A stretch of 63,902 nt of DNA, the filler included, from Phoronis australis (Eukaryota; Animalia; Phoronida): assembly GCA_002633005.1 (NCBI GenBank). It is 7 parts of 7 records of this genome, joined end to end, with 100 filler letters (N's around TTAATTAATTAA, not from the genome) between each part and the next. Parts side by side here need not be neighbours in the genome. Positions count along the whole stretch, not along the records: positions 1 to 23,940 come from NMRA01001365.1; 6 more parts are not named here. One strand, 5' to 3'. The notes under the pieces are model-generated. The model saw only the letters and a program-made list of their open reading frames with translations. It ran no database searches and had not been told where the DNA came from. Of the stretch, positions 1 to 12,189 are shown one piece after another (within the stretch, counting starts at the first letter, position 1; each line of letters begins with the position of its first letter). The position numbers and the translations under genes were made by a program.

Positions 1-3000
1 ACCGCAGTTCATCTTGGCACAACTTTTCTGATATTGTAAAGGGGGTATGTGAGTTTGGGGCACTCCTGGGCCCTTAATAAGGCCAAGAAAAGTATGATAC
101 CTACATTTGTAGAGGTGGGAGACACGGGGCTATTAGATGCACAAAGAATTTTTAAAATCGAATACAAAAAGGTTTTCGACCAAAAAAAACCTAGGCCTAT
201 AGTCCAGGGGTTTTTTGGGGCCGAAAAAGTTTTTGTCTCCAAGTACAAAAATTCTTTCCCAGATGGACGAAGAATGCCGAGAAACTAAGGCACACCAAGT
301 TTGAGTTCGATTGGATCATTAATGAGGTCACACGGCAAGATCAAATTTGAAAGATGTCATTTTGAGACTTTTTCCCGCCTAAAAATTTTTGACCCCGATT
401 TCAAAACTTCTTTCAACGTTGGATAGCCCTTTACTTACTGACTCCAAAAAAGTAAGTGGCCACTTCTGGTGAGGTCACGGAAGAGGATTAAAGTTGGAAA
501 ATTGGGGGGTCTGTGACGTTGACCTTAAACCTTGACCCCGCACGAGACAGGGACCTACAAATAAGACGCATTTGAAAACTTGTCCTTAACCTTGCTTTGA
601 AAATGTCTCGGTTTGGTAGTCTTCAGGTTATTGGTGATGAAGATATGACTTCGAAAAACCGCAGTTCATCTTGGCACAACTTTTCTGATATTGTGAAGGG
701 GGAATGTGAGTTTGGGGCACTCCTGGGCCCTTACTAAGGCCAAGAAAAGTATGATACCTACATTTGTAGAGGGGGGAGACACGGGGCTATTAGATGCACA
801 AAGAATTTTTAAAATCGAAGACAAAAAGGTTTTCGACCAAAAAAAACCTAGGCCTATAGTCCAGGGTTTTTTTGGGGCCAAAAAAATTTTTGTCTCCAAT
901 TACAAAAATTCTTTCCCAGATGGACGAAGAATGCCGAGAAACTAAGGCNNNNNNNNNNNNNNNNNNNNNNNNNNNNNNNNNNNNNNNNNNNNNNNNNNNN
1001 NNNNNNNNNNNNNNNNNNNNNNNNNNNNNNNNNNNNNNNNNNNNNNNNNNNNNNNNNNNNNNNNNNNNNNNNNNNNNNNNNNNNNNNNNNNNNNNNNNNN
1101 NNNNNNNNNNNNNNNNNNNNNNNNNNNNNNNNNNNNNNNNNNNNNNNNNNNNNNNNNNNNNNNNNNNNNNNNNNNNNNNNNNNNNNNNNNNNNNNNNNNN
1201 NNNNNNNNNNNNNNNNNNNNNNNNNNNNNNNNNNNNNNNNNNNNNNNNNNNNNNNNNNNNNNNNNNNNNNNNNNNNNNNNNNNNNNNNNNNNNNNNNNNN
1301 NNNNNNNNNNNNNNNNNNNNNNNNNNNNNNNNNNNNNNNNNNNNNNNNNNNNNNNNNNNNNNNNNNNNNNNNNNNNNNNNNNNNNNNNNNNNNNNNNNNN
1401 NNNNNNNNNNNNNNNNNNNNNNNNNNNNNNNNNNNNNNNNNNNNNNNNNNNNNNNNNNNNNNNNNNNNNNNNNNNNNNNNNNNNNNNNNNNNNNNNNNNN
1501 NNNNNNNNAATAAGACGCATTTGAAAACTTGCCCTTAACCTTGCTTTGAAAATGTCTCGGTTTGGTAGTCTTCAGGTTATTGGTCATGAAGATATGACTT
1601 CGAAAAACCGCAGTTCATCTTGGCACAACTTTTCTGATATTGTGAAGGGGGTATGTGAGTTTTGGGGCACTCCTGGGCCCTTACTAAGGCCAAGAAAAGT
1701 ATGATACCTACATTTGTGGAGGGGGGAGACAAGGGGCTATTAGATGCACAAAGAATTTTTAAAATCGAAGACAAAAAGGTTTTCGACCAAAAAAAACCTA
1801 GGCCTATAGTCCAGGGGTTTTTTTGGGGCCGAAAAACTTTTTGTCTCCAATTACAAAAATTATTTCCCAGATGGACGAAGAATGCCGAGAATTTAAGGCA
1901 CACCAAGTTTAAGTTCGATTGGATCATTAATGAGGTCACACGGCAAGATCAAAGTTGAAAGACGTCATTTTGAGACTTTTTGGGCATAAAATTTTTTTGA
2001 CCCCGATTTCAAAACTTCTTTCATCGTTGGATAGCCTTTTACTTACTGACTCCAAAAAAGTAAGTGGCCACTTCTGGTGAGCCCTAATAAGGTCACGGTA
2101 GAGGATTAAAGTTGGAAAATTGGGGGAGTCTGTGACGTTCACCGTAAACCTTGACCCGCAGGAGGCAGGGACCTACAAATAAGACGCATTTGAAAACTTG
2201 CCCTTAACCTTGATTTAAAAATGTCTCGGTTTGGTAGTCTTCAGGTTATTGGTCATGAAGATATGACTTCGAAAAACCGCATTTCATCTTGGCACAACTT
2301 TTCTGATATTGAGAAGGGGGTATGTGAGTTTGGGGCACTCCTGGGCCCTTACTAAGGCCAAGAAAAGTATGATACCTACATTTGTGGAGGGGGGAGACAA
2401 GGGGCTATTAGATGCACAAAGAATTTTTAAAATCGAAGACAAAACGGTTTTCGACCAAAAAAAAACCTAGGCCTCTAGTCCAGGGGTTTTTTGGGGCCGA
2501 AAAACTTTTTGTCTCCAATTACAAAAATTATTTCCCAGATGGACGAAGAATGCCGAGAAACTAAGGCACACCAAGTTTGAGTTCGATTGGATCATTAATG
2601 AGGTCGCACGGCAAGATCAAAGTTGAAAGACGTCATGTTGAGACTTTTTCCCGCCTAAAATTTTTTTGACCCCAATTTCAAAACTTATTTCATCGTTGGA
2701 TAGCCTTTTACTTACTGACTCCAAAAAAGTAAGTGGCCACTTCTGGTGAGCCCTAATAAGGTCACGGTAGAGGATTAAAGTTGAAAAATTGGGGGAGTCT
2801 GTGACATTCACCTTAAACCTTGACCCCGCAGGAGACAGGGACCTACAAGTAAGACGTATTTGAAAACTTGCCCTTAACCTTGCTTTGAAAATGTCTCGGT
2901 TTGGTAGTCTTCAGGTTATTGGTCATGAAGATATGACTTCGAAAAACCGCAGTTCATCTTGGCACAACTTTTCTGATATTGTGAAGGGGGTATGTGAGTT

Positions 3001-3517
3001 TGGGGCACTCCTGGGCCCTTACTAAGGCCAAGAAAAGTATGATACCTACATTTGTGGAGGGGGAAGACAAGGGGCTATTAGATGCACAAAGAATTTTTAA
3101 AATCGAAGACAAAAAGGTTTTCGATCAAAAACAACCCTAGGCCTATAGTCCAGGGTTTTTTCGGGGCCGAAAACTTTTTTGTCTCCAATTACAAAAATTC
3201 TTTCCCATATGGACGAAGAATGCCGAGAAACTACGGCCCACCTAGTTTGAGTTCGATTGGATCATTAATGAGGTCACACGGCAAGATCAAAGTTGAAAGA
3301 CGTCATTTTGAGACTTTTTCCCGCCTAAAAATTTTTTGACCCCGATTTCAAAACTTCTTTCATCGTTGGATAGCCTTTTACTTACTGACTCCAAAAAAGT
3401 AAGTGGCCACTTCTGGTGAGCCCTAATAAGGTCACGGAAGAGGATTAAAGTTGGAAAATTGGGGGAGTCTGTGACGTTCACCTTAAACCTTGACCCCGCA
3501 GGAGACAGGGACCTACA
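1..3517 (+). repeat. ~657-670-bp tandem satellite array, interrupted by an N gap at 949-1508
   Basis: The anchor (A)CCGCAGTTCATCTTGGCACAAC recurs near 1, 658, 1607, 2276 and 2946, and the units are highly similar. Confidence 0.97.
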
Positions 3518-3519
3518 TG

Positions 3520-3830
3520 TATCATAAAATTAGCCCTTTAGCAGCTGTAAGTTTATTCCTAACTACAAGTCGCAAGAATAAAACAATGAGTGAAAAATAT
3601 GTGAAATGCTTGCATTACTTCGATTTTGAAAAATTATCATTAATGCCCCAATTTATTGAAACGGATATCTCTAGGATGAAGAAAGTTTAAATATTTGATG
3701 GAATACTTTTCATTTTCATTTGTATCATGAATCTAAAGTGACTTATAAGCCCCGTGGAGGGCTGGGTGTTCCTAGTCTTTGTAACGTATTCATTGTTAAA
3801 ATTCATTTGAACGCATGTCACTATAATAAA
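3520..3830 (+). mobile_element. Probable 3' end of a non-LTR retrotransposon
   Basis: A short AAGCCC..GGGCT stem and AATAAA (~3825) are followed directly by a simple-repeat tail, the usual layout of CR1/L2-type 3' ends. No diagnostic protein motif was found. Confidence 0.4.
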
Positions 3831-3832
3831 AA

Positions 3833-3873
<41 letters not shown>

Positions 3874-3878
3874 GCTTG

Positions 3879-3913
<35 letters not shown>

Positions 3914-3927
3914 GCTTACTTACTTAC
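3833..3927. repeat. (TTAC)n microsatellite, likely the LINE tail
   Basis: Visible TACT/TGCT tetramer run. Confidence 0.97.
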
Positions 3928-4099
3928 TACAATAGAAAAGGTAACGGGAGGAAGCCAAGGTTGACTTTTTCACAACAGTTACTCTACATGAGGCTGCAAT
4001 TTCCAAAAAAATCTAGATGGGTCTGTATGTCCCCAACTGTCCAAAATAGTAATCCCTAGGAATAGCTGATAAATTACCAAATTAACATCAATCGGCTTT

Positions 4100-5560
4100 T
4101 AGATACAGTCGTAACGTCATCGACATTACATTGGAATCAATATTGACCCCAGGAATTAATTTATTTTATGGGAATGGACACATACTTAAGAAAGTGTCAT
4201 TAAAACTGGTCATACTGAATTCACAATACCCTGTAAATTATATTTTGCTTGATTAGTTTGAATGTATTCATACCGTAGAACTATCAGGCTTGTTTATAAA
4301 GATTGGCAAAAGCTTTTTTGTCATCAAAGTTATCGCTATTATTTTGGGAGACTAGAGGCTTTTGATTAGTTTCTACCCATGAACATGAAGACAAAATGCC
4401 AGTTATAAAAATTCATGAGATACAAAAGCACTGAATTGTTACTTGTGTTTTATTTTGGTAATATGTTTCCAACGATATAAATTCAATTACAGGTGAGATA
4501 AGCCGAGTTAAACCAGACGTAGTCCCATCTCCTTTTTCTTTCACAAAGCGAAATCTCCTTCAGCAATATCCCGAGATTACCGTATGGCAAAGTGAGGCCT
4601 TATGTGTGAAAGTCAGCCATCCGACATCCCTGATTGTGGACAAGAGGTAGGAGGGAGTACTTAAGACTGATTAATGCAAAATTGTGATTGGATTTAATTT
4701 TTATTGCCATACACTAAATGGTATTCATTGAGAAGGCAATATGATTACAATTATTACACTTAGATCAGAATAAATAATTTTTGCAATATCATTCAATTCA
4801 TAAAATTCGTCCTACTTATATCTTCAATAAGTGGTATGGACTCGGTTTTTAATCCTGCCAGGACCGCAGCATGCATATTTCAACATATCCCGTATTACAT
4901 ATGTTACGTGTTTAACTTCAGCGACTGCATCTACCACTTTACTGCAAATTTCACATTTTTATTGATGAGCTAAACGTCTAAAATAAGTTAAAGATATGTA
5001 AAATAGGAATTGTGAGATCAGGGGACATTTGTTTTTAAGCTCATTGTTTGCAAGTTCGATATTTCTCGGTAACAAATACACGTTGAGACAACCAATTATT
5101 GAGCTTCCAATACTTTGCCTCATGTCAGACTACGTAGAGTACAGCAGTGCCAATCCGGATTGTACAACAGTACCATACTTAATTCAGGTGGTAACCTTGA
5201 GCGTTATTTACAGTGACCTAAATTTAGTTTGTAAGGTATATTTTTCCCTGTCATGTAGAAAACTTACGTGGTTGGTGTCTGACTGCAATTATTGCCGATT
5301 TCAACACTTTAAAAATACATCAGATTAAACTCCACGAACTTCGTTTATGCACTTGCTTCGCTTTTTTTCGTCTTAGGTTGATGTCAAAAAAGCAAAAAAA
5401 ATCATATCATGCATTTTCAGATATCTGTCAAGTTTACCCAACTTTCCTAATGGAATTGCGGCCCTCGTCACAGCAATCAACACAGTTAGTATCGGAAAAA
5501 GCAACAGAGTAATGCAGTCAAGAAAAAAGGTCAAATTAATGTAAAAACAACACAGTACAT
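4100..5560 (-). pseudogene. Decayed Mab-21/cGAS-like ORF relic, copy A
   Basis: Minus-strand fragments with stops and frameshifts: hydrophobic ILTVLIAVTRAAIPLGK, TLKV, PSYLLSTI (cf. SSYxLKT) and LIPGVNI (cf. YFIPxxNL). Bases 5400-5550 are homologous to 7375-7520. Boundaries are approximate. Confidence 0.4.
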
Positions 5561-5775
5561 GTGGAACTCCAATCGTGCGATTGTGGCTAAATAAACCGAT
5601 ATTTGAGTGTTCCAGTGTACTTTGTTCTGTACCTTTGCCGGTTGTTTGTTTTGATTATGAAGCCTGTAACATCACCAGACAAACCTCGGTCGGTTCCAAC
5701 CTACATCACCCACCCACGGGAGAAACAGTGACAACGTACGCATATAGGCAACGACAAGTACCAAAAAACACTAGC

Positions 5776-6024
5776 TTGTTTTAACTTTCTTCGGCACTGA
5801 AATTACATCAGCCCATCCTGCCTTGACTGTTGTTATGGTAACAGTGTACTCAGTTCCAGAAGTCAAGCCAGTGCAAAGACTGTTCGTAGCAGACTTATCT
5901 ACAATGAATTGGTTGCTTCCGCAAAATACTTTGTAACTGTCTTTGTTTCCCTTTGCTGGAGTCCAACTAACGTCAACCGTTGTCTCACTTCCAATTAATC
6001 TGACAATAGTAGCTGCAGCGAGTT
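5776..6024 (-). CDS. Fibronectin type III domain exon (249 nt, phase 1-1), with a non-canonical GC at the donor position
   Basis: Acceptor CTACCTTTCCAG|AACT. Translation: ELAAATIVRLIGSETTVDVSWTPAKGNKDSYKVFC...GLTSGTEYTVTITTVK, with FN3 W, Y and L-x-x-GT-x-Y motifs. Confidence 0.88.
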
Positions 6025-6479
6025 CTGGAAAGGTAGAGGCATAGACACTTATATTGTACATGTAAGCACAATGTTAAGCAAAAATATATGCATGTATTTA
6101 GGAATTTACAGTGTGCTTTGAAAAAAATGAAAGTTTACCAGCGCCAGCTTTGTGTGAATAACACCCTTGATCAAACTATTATTAATGGGAGCCTAATCAA
6201 GAAACAGCTCTGTACGGAGGTCACACTGCTTGATGTGATTCAAACTAAAATCAAGCTGTACCTCGATACAGTTTCATTATGCTTCCAGACAATATACAGG
6301 TGTGAACAGATATCTCATTCAAATTAAACCTAAGCGCTTTATCTGCAGAAAAAACGGTGTGTCTCGGTGGTTGAGCTGCAGACTCCCGATTGGGCGACAA
6401 TCGAGCATTGCACAATATGCCTGCTACTTCTCTGAGCTCAGTTTTAAGGTGTTGCCTCCCAAGAGTTTTCACTTATGCA

Positions 6480-7520
6480 ACCACTTTTAATTTATTTACT
6501 CGATGGTATCTTTCATTGTGGCAATGACGTGAAATCATGGACGGCAAACGCCGTTGCCAGTAATAATAAAATCATTTTAGAAAATTGTCGTTGGGGTAAA
6601 AACATCAATTCATGCTCGTTTCAACAGAAATGTGAGGAATGGTATGTAGGCCTATTTTAGAAAGGTCTTCCAGATCAGGGTAACAGGGTTTTGCTTTCCA
6701 AATTTTGCCTGGTAAGCCGTTCTCTGGTGTTTTGTTTAATAAATGTTTGCAATAATTAAGTGGTCCCAGGATATCCCTAAACAAATAATTTACCAAACCC
6801 ATATCCAACTATTCGGTTCAACTTTCATATAGTAGGCCTACCTTTGATGATGTCGGATACACGTAGTAATTTTCGTTCAAGGTTGCGGAACAGTTTCAAC
6901 TAGGCATTAAGTCGGTCCGTCATGACAAGTTAGCATTGTTTTGTTTGACCATTGGACCAAAGTTTTTTGGTAAACGAGAATGAAAAACTTAAATAATCAA
7001 CGTTTCAGCTTCCCAGCAATAGAAAGGGAATTCAACATTCTCGCCAGCTCACCGTGTGTTTTAAGGGTTTGTTTATGAAGATTTTTAATTTCTGTTGATA
7101 TCAAAGTTTCAAAACTCAAAAATGATATATCAACTACTCCATCTGCGTCAATCTTTCTCCCACAAGGTAAAGCATGTTTCCATATTTGGAATGGCAAGGC
7201 GTAGACATATCACATTTCACGTACACACTTCCCTTAAACTGGATAACTTTAAGCGTATGAGAAGTGGCATTTAAAGACACTGTATCCTTTGCTTTCACCT
7301 ACGAAGTTTCTTTATCCTCTCACTCCGCATTTTCTCGTCTTTGATTGATATCAGGAGAATCAAGATAAATGCAACCACATCATGCGTCTACGGATATTTG
7401 TCACGTTGATCCAACCTTCCTATCGGAATTGCAGACCTCGTCACAGCAATGAACGTCATTAATATTGAAACACGCTAAGAGTAATGCAACCAAGGATAAA
7501 CGTCAAAAGAGTGCAAACTA
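6480..7520 (-). pseudogene. Decayed Mab-21/cGAS-like ORF relic, copy B
   Basis: Fragments occur in the expected order: ILMTFIAVTRSAIPIGR (hydrophobic); TLKV..YVKCDM/YALPFQIW (cf. DLVPAL..WP); ISFLSFE (cf. WRxSFSxxE); YQKTLVQW; LDMGLVNYLF (cf. LxxGxLxxYF). Many stops and frameshifts. Confidence 0.5.
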
Positions 7521-7564
7521 GATTTCATTCAATAGATTGTTGAAGTTAGCCCAAGGCAGATCAT

Positions 7565-7832
7565 AGATTTTCAGACCAGTCGATTTGGTGATGCTTTAAT
7601 AGACTCTGTGAAAGATTCGAAATTGGCTATTGTTAAGAGCGGAATTACTTCAGAATTTCACATTTTTACCTCTGTCTCGGGTAGGGGAAATGTCGTAGAT
7701 TATATTTTAACTGACAAAAATAAATTGAAGAATTGTGTATCGTTTTCTGTTACAAAGACTTTTGATATGTTAGATAACCACGCATTAACGGGGTCAATGT
7801 GTAAGCATCAGATAATGTTATTCTTGTTTTAA
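7565..7832 (+). mobile_element. LINE APE-endonuclease fragment
   Basis: FGDALIDSVKDSKLAIV...FTSVSGRGNVVDYIL matches the C-terminal motif of non-LTR endonucleases. Confidence 0.65.
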
Positions 7833-9265
7833 GGTTTAAAGTCAAAGAGGATGCAGGAATTGGTCACAATACAAACAATTATTTATGTCTGCTCAGTACA
7901 CCCCTTTCTTAAAAATTTGGTTAAAAGTTAGGAACAAAGGTCATCACTTGTAACGTCGATTTTCGACATTGATGTTGGGGAGGAACATCAGTCTGGCGAC
8001 AGCAACACGAAATCACACGAAGGCGATGATTTTCGAAATTTGATTCGTTTTTGATGTATGTCTTTTTTCCTTACGGTTCAGGGTTACTTATGAATCCAGG
8101 AACAACAACTAAAAGAGTCAGGGTTCGTGATAACGTTGGAGAACGGTAATGTTTACACAAGGAGTTACAACTGTCATCGATATTGTTATCTCCTCTGTTT
8201 TCATCTAACCTTCCCTGATGAAATCTTGAATAAAGATGACTTTCAGTACTTGAGTGAGCACGGTATACTGTGTGATTTATGTTGAATTATTCAACAGTTC
8301 TTTTAAGAACCATTTCACGCTATGCCTAAGGCTCATGCACAGTGCAACCAACGGCCCTTTTAAGGGCTACTCAACTCTTCCTAGAAGAACTGCTCACTTG
8401 AGAATGTTGAATTATAAACATGCAAAGGTTAAACTATTCAAATCGTTGAAGAGAAGAATTTTTAATTCGAACAAAATTAATTAGAAAACTGCACTTAATG
8501 ACCCCAAAGTTGCACCTACCGACCCCAAAGTTTGTGACTGAACTTCCTTTATCAATGGTAATCACATGTGAGATTATGAAAGGTGTAGCTCAAAAATCAC
8601 TTTTGGACTTAATGACCTTTAACCCGGAAACTCAGTTCCCTTGGTCCGATTGGAATTCCAAATAAATTTCGGATGCAGTACTTAAAGGGGTACTTGTTGA
8701 CAAACTTTGGAGAGTCTATATAAAAACCCGTAGAAGAAGAAAGAAGAAGAAGCATTTTGATGGAATGCACTCTCAAGACCTAGTTTGGGTCATTCCGGTG
8801 CATTTTGGGTAAAAACATTATAATTAATAAAAATCCGTTCACCTTGGTATCAATCACGATTAATATGATTGTTGCTAACAAATTGATGTGAGACTAATAA
8901 CAATTTGAAAAGGAAGGAATAAAAAGAAGATTAACAACTAGAACGCAATTGCGTAAGCGCACTTAGAAATCTGCGCGTGGTATATGAAAGTGCATAATGA
9001 AGTATAGATGCATTACATTGTACAAACTTATGGACAGACTCCGGCAGTGATCGGGTCAAGAATTCCTGATATGTTCCTGATGTGACATGTTTCCGAAGAT
9101 AGCAGAAGTTCAAAATTTTCTGTTCTCAAAATTTTGTGGGGTAGTGGGAGCGTGTTTTAAACGAGTAATAGAAGAATATGGGGTATGAAATAAAAAGAAA
9201 TGTGGTTTATAAGCAAACTAAACATTTAAGGAGGAAAATCTGAATGGAAACTTCTGAACGGAATA

Positions 9266-9428
9266 TTCGGTGGAGACGGAGGAAATAAGTCCTGCGCCTT
9301 TCCATTCATTTACATGTATGGCGGCGTTGATTGGACCAACTGCTTAACTGACACACACGACAAACCTTGGTGTTCAGTGAAGTCCGATTATGAGGTCGAT
9401 GGATTGTGGGGAAATTATGTGTATCCAA
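9266..9428 (+). pseudogene. Orphan fibronectin type II (FN2) exon, degenerate
   Basis: GGDGGNKSCAFPFIYMYGGVDWTNCLTDTHDKPWCSVKSDYEVDGLWGNY followed by a phase-1 GTAAGT donor. The fourth Cys reads Tyr (TAT) and no clear acceptor is visible. Confidence 0.75.
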
Positions 9429-10377
9429 GTAAGTGCACATGCATGATAAATTTCTAAAGACATGTTAGGAGCGATTTCTAGTTCTTGATAGTAGCCTTGG
9501 AACTCCTGCATGCGCGCACCCGTGGGGGCTCAGGGAGCTCAAATGACATGCACACAAAACACCCTTCTTTTGAAAAGAAACCAGCATAACGCGCACGAGC
9601 TTCACTACTGAACTGCACATCCCAGAAACAATTAAGATATGCACTACAAGACACAAACTAACCAAGGCATTACTGTAATAAATACCTGTACCCATTTGCA
9701 GGGAACTACTTAACATTACTGAATGGAACTGGATAAAGCTTTGTTACCTATGGAACAAAGTCTGTAATGCATCTCGGAGGGTTTCGAAACTCAATTGGGG
9801 GAGGACAACCAGCATCAGCTTAATGCAAAGCCACCCGATTAGCGTGGCCCAGTATACAGGTGTATATCCTCAAAATAATTAGGGGATACAGTGTTGTATC
9901 GTGTAGTCCCACAGAATCACCTCGTAGGAATATAAAAAAACACGTGATAAGGGCACTTTGTTTGTTAACGCGTTCTTTAAAGGACCCTCGCCGGTTATTT
10001 CTACTACTGCCACTTTACTTCTTGGAAATATTTTGAGCGCGTGCTTTAATGGCTGCATGAAGACTTGAGATATTTATCAGCTTTTCACAGGAAATGAGAG
10101 GTCTCATTTGCGAGTTAAATTGGTCCCCAGTTACTTAAACAGGCACACAACTTTTGCAATGTTCACATCGGAATAACAACTACATAGAGTGCTTTTAAAG
10201 AATGTTTAAACCTTATTAAAGTCAGCTGCGAAAATACTGCCGGTGACTGTTTGTCAAGCATGAAAACAGTCATTACTTCTAATTCACTAAACAGGCTCCC
10301 TTGCAACGAATGCCCTTCCTAACTGAAAGTGCCTCACGATCACTCGTAGGAAAGAGCGTGCTATAACAAACACTCAC

Positions 10378-10632
10378 TGGTTTTAGCTGTCTTCGATGCT
10401 GATACTACTTCATCCCATCCACTCTTGAGTGTCGTCACCGTAACAGAATACTGAGTTCCAGGACTCAATCCACCACACTTTCCATTGATAAAAGCCGGTT
10501 GCGAAACATATAAAAAGCTATTTCCATTGCAAGAAAGTCTGTATTCTTCTACATTCCCACTTGCTGCAGTCCAACCGACGTCAATTGTTGTCTCATGTTC
10601 AACAATAGTGGTAATTGTAGCTGCAGTTAGTT
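10378..10632 (-). CDS. Fibronectin type III domain exon (255 nt, phase 1-1), absent from the ORF track
   Basis: Acceptor CTACCTTTCCAG|AACT and donor A|GTGAGT. Open frame: ELTAATITTIVEHETTIDVGWTAASGNVEEYRLSC...GLSPGTQYSVTVTTLKSGWDEVVSASKTAKT. Confidence 0.92.
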
Positions 10633-10749
10633 CTGGAAAGGTAGAGACATGAATAAACAGGTAAATTGAATAAAAGTCCTTATCTTCAACATTAATCTAC
10701 TTCAAAAATTTTCAAATACAAAATAAATTAAATAATATGTAACACGACA

Positions 10750-12150
10750 CAATGTTTTCCTCCTTTCTGTTCTTAAACAGTAAGCGATTGTTTCGAAACT
10801 CATTCGACCATTGCAGATTAGGCGTATCTTTCTTCGCTGTTACAGTTCTGTGACTTAGTGCCAGCGATGAATTTTGCCCAAGCAGTGCATCGAACTGTTT
10901 GCTGATCGTTCTTTAGAAGCCAATCTAGTCTTAAGCCTGCGGTTTCTTAACCATTATTTCGATTATTTAACATAATAAAACTGAACGAATTACGTGAAAT
11001 TAGAACTAAGTAAAACTTCTTCTGGAGTTTTCGACGGCGTGGTAAATCAAACGCTACATGATTTTGCCTAAATGTACTTTCGACATCTATCTGTGGTGCG
11101 TTTTTTAAGCACGACAATCAAGAAACGGTTAGACTTTGCAGTGAAATTGTATTAAACTTCAAAAACAACGCTGGATGTGTTACGACCGCAGATGTTTTCA
11201 AGTCGGGAAACGTTCAATGACTAGCTCGGAATGGCACCCATAAAGTAGTTACTGCTTTCGACTATCACATCATAACCAGTTCGCATCATCTCATTAAAAA
11301 TCTTTTATTCTGTATAATCGGCAAATAGGCTTGTGATAAAGAAATCTTTTATGCTGGGAACAACGTCAACGTCCAGTTGATCACTAGCGCAGATTTTAAT
11401 GTCAACCGTGAATGAAAACGGCAAACGCAAAGCTAGGATTAGTTCTAGCGTCAACCATGATCCCTAATTCCTTGTTGAAATCACTTTCCGGGCTCGCAAA
11501 AAGAAACCATATTATTTCGAATGCAGCTTTCCAAGACCATGGGTTTAAACGCACAATACTTGATGTTTTGCATCTGCCTTACACTGTAGCTTACTCCAAG
11601 GTCTTAATACTTTCGGAGTAACTGCTATTTGATCTTTACCTGTACACTTCAGTCATCTTAAATAATAAATCCAAGTGGTGATAATAGTGTTTTCATTGAT
11701 GGCGTTAAAAATGAATGAGTTATTAAAAAGTGTACCATCACACCAAACAGAAACCACACTTTATTCAGGTCTACGACACAGGTTACAGAGCAATTTTTTT
11801 CGTGATCGATGGAATGATTGATTGACAGCGTTCAGAGCACTATTTCAAGTTTTTTGATAGAGAATTTACTAAATCGTGTCCCTTTCTTCAACTTATTATA
11901 GCTTCGGTGCGAGTCCTTTCACCCTGGTTGATAATAGGTGTACCTATGTTGCTTCAGGATTCCTGTTTGTTTACATTTTGAGGAGGTAAATTATACATTT
12001 ATGCAAATATTCAATTGGCAATTTTAAACAATACTTACTAGGATATTGAATCGGGAGGAGCAATCAAAACATCACAAAGTTTGACAATTGTGACAGCTGC
12101 AAATGTGCGATTACAAACAGCACTGTCGGAGCACGCCGGACGATTTGAAT
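10750..12150 (-). pseudogene. Decayed Mab-21/cGAS-like ORF relic, copy C
   Basis: TVDIKICASDQLDVDVVPSI (~11350-11410; cf. xVDLVPAI), TGYDVIV, *SLNVSRLE (~11196-11223; TAG where W of WRLSFSxxE is expected) and SFSFYYVK. Boundaries are approximate. Confidence 0.5.
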
Positions 12151-12189
12151 TAAACTTATTTTAAAACTGCTTGATTTTCGTGACACTGA

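Noticed and set aside
9-3481. Repeated 60-120 aa ORFs
   Set aside because: They are translations of satellite units on both strands with homopolymer frameshifts, and several run through N gaps.
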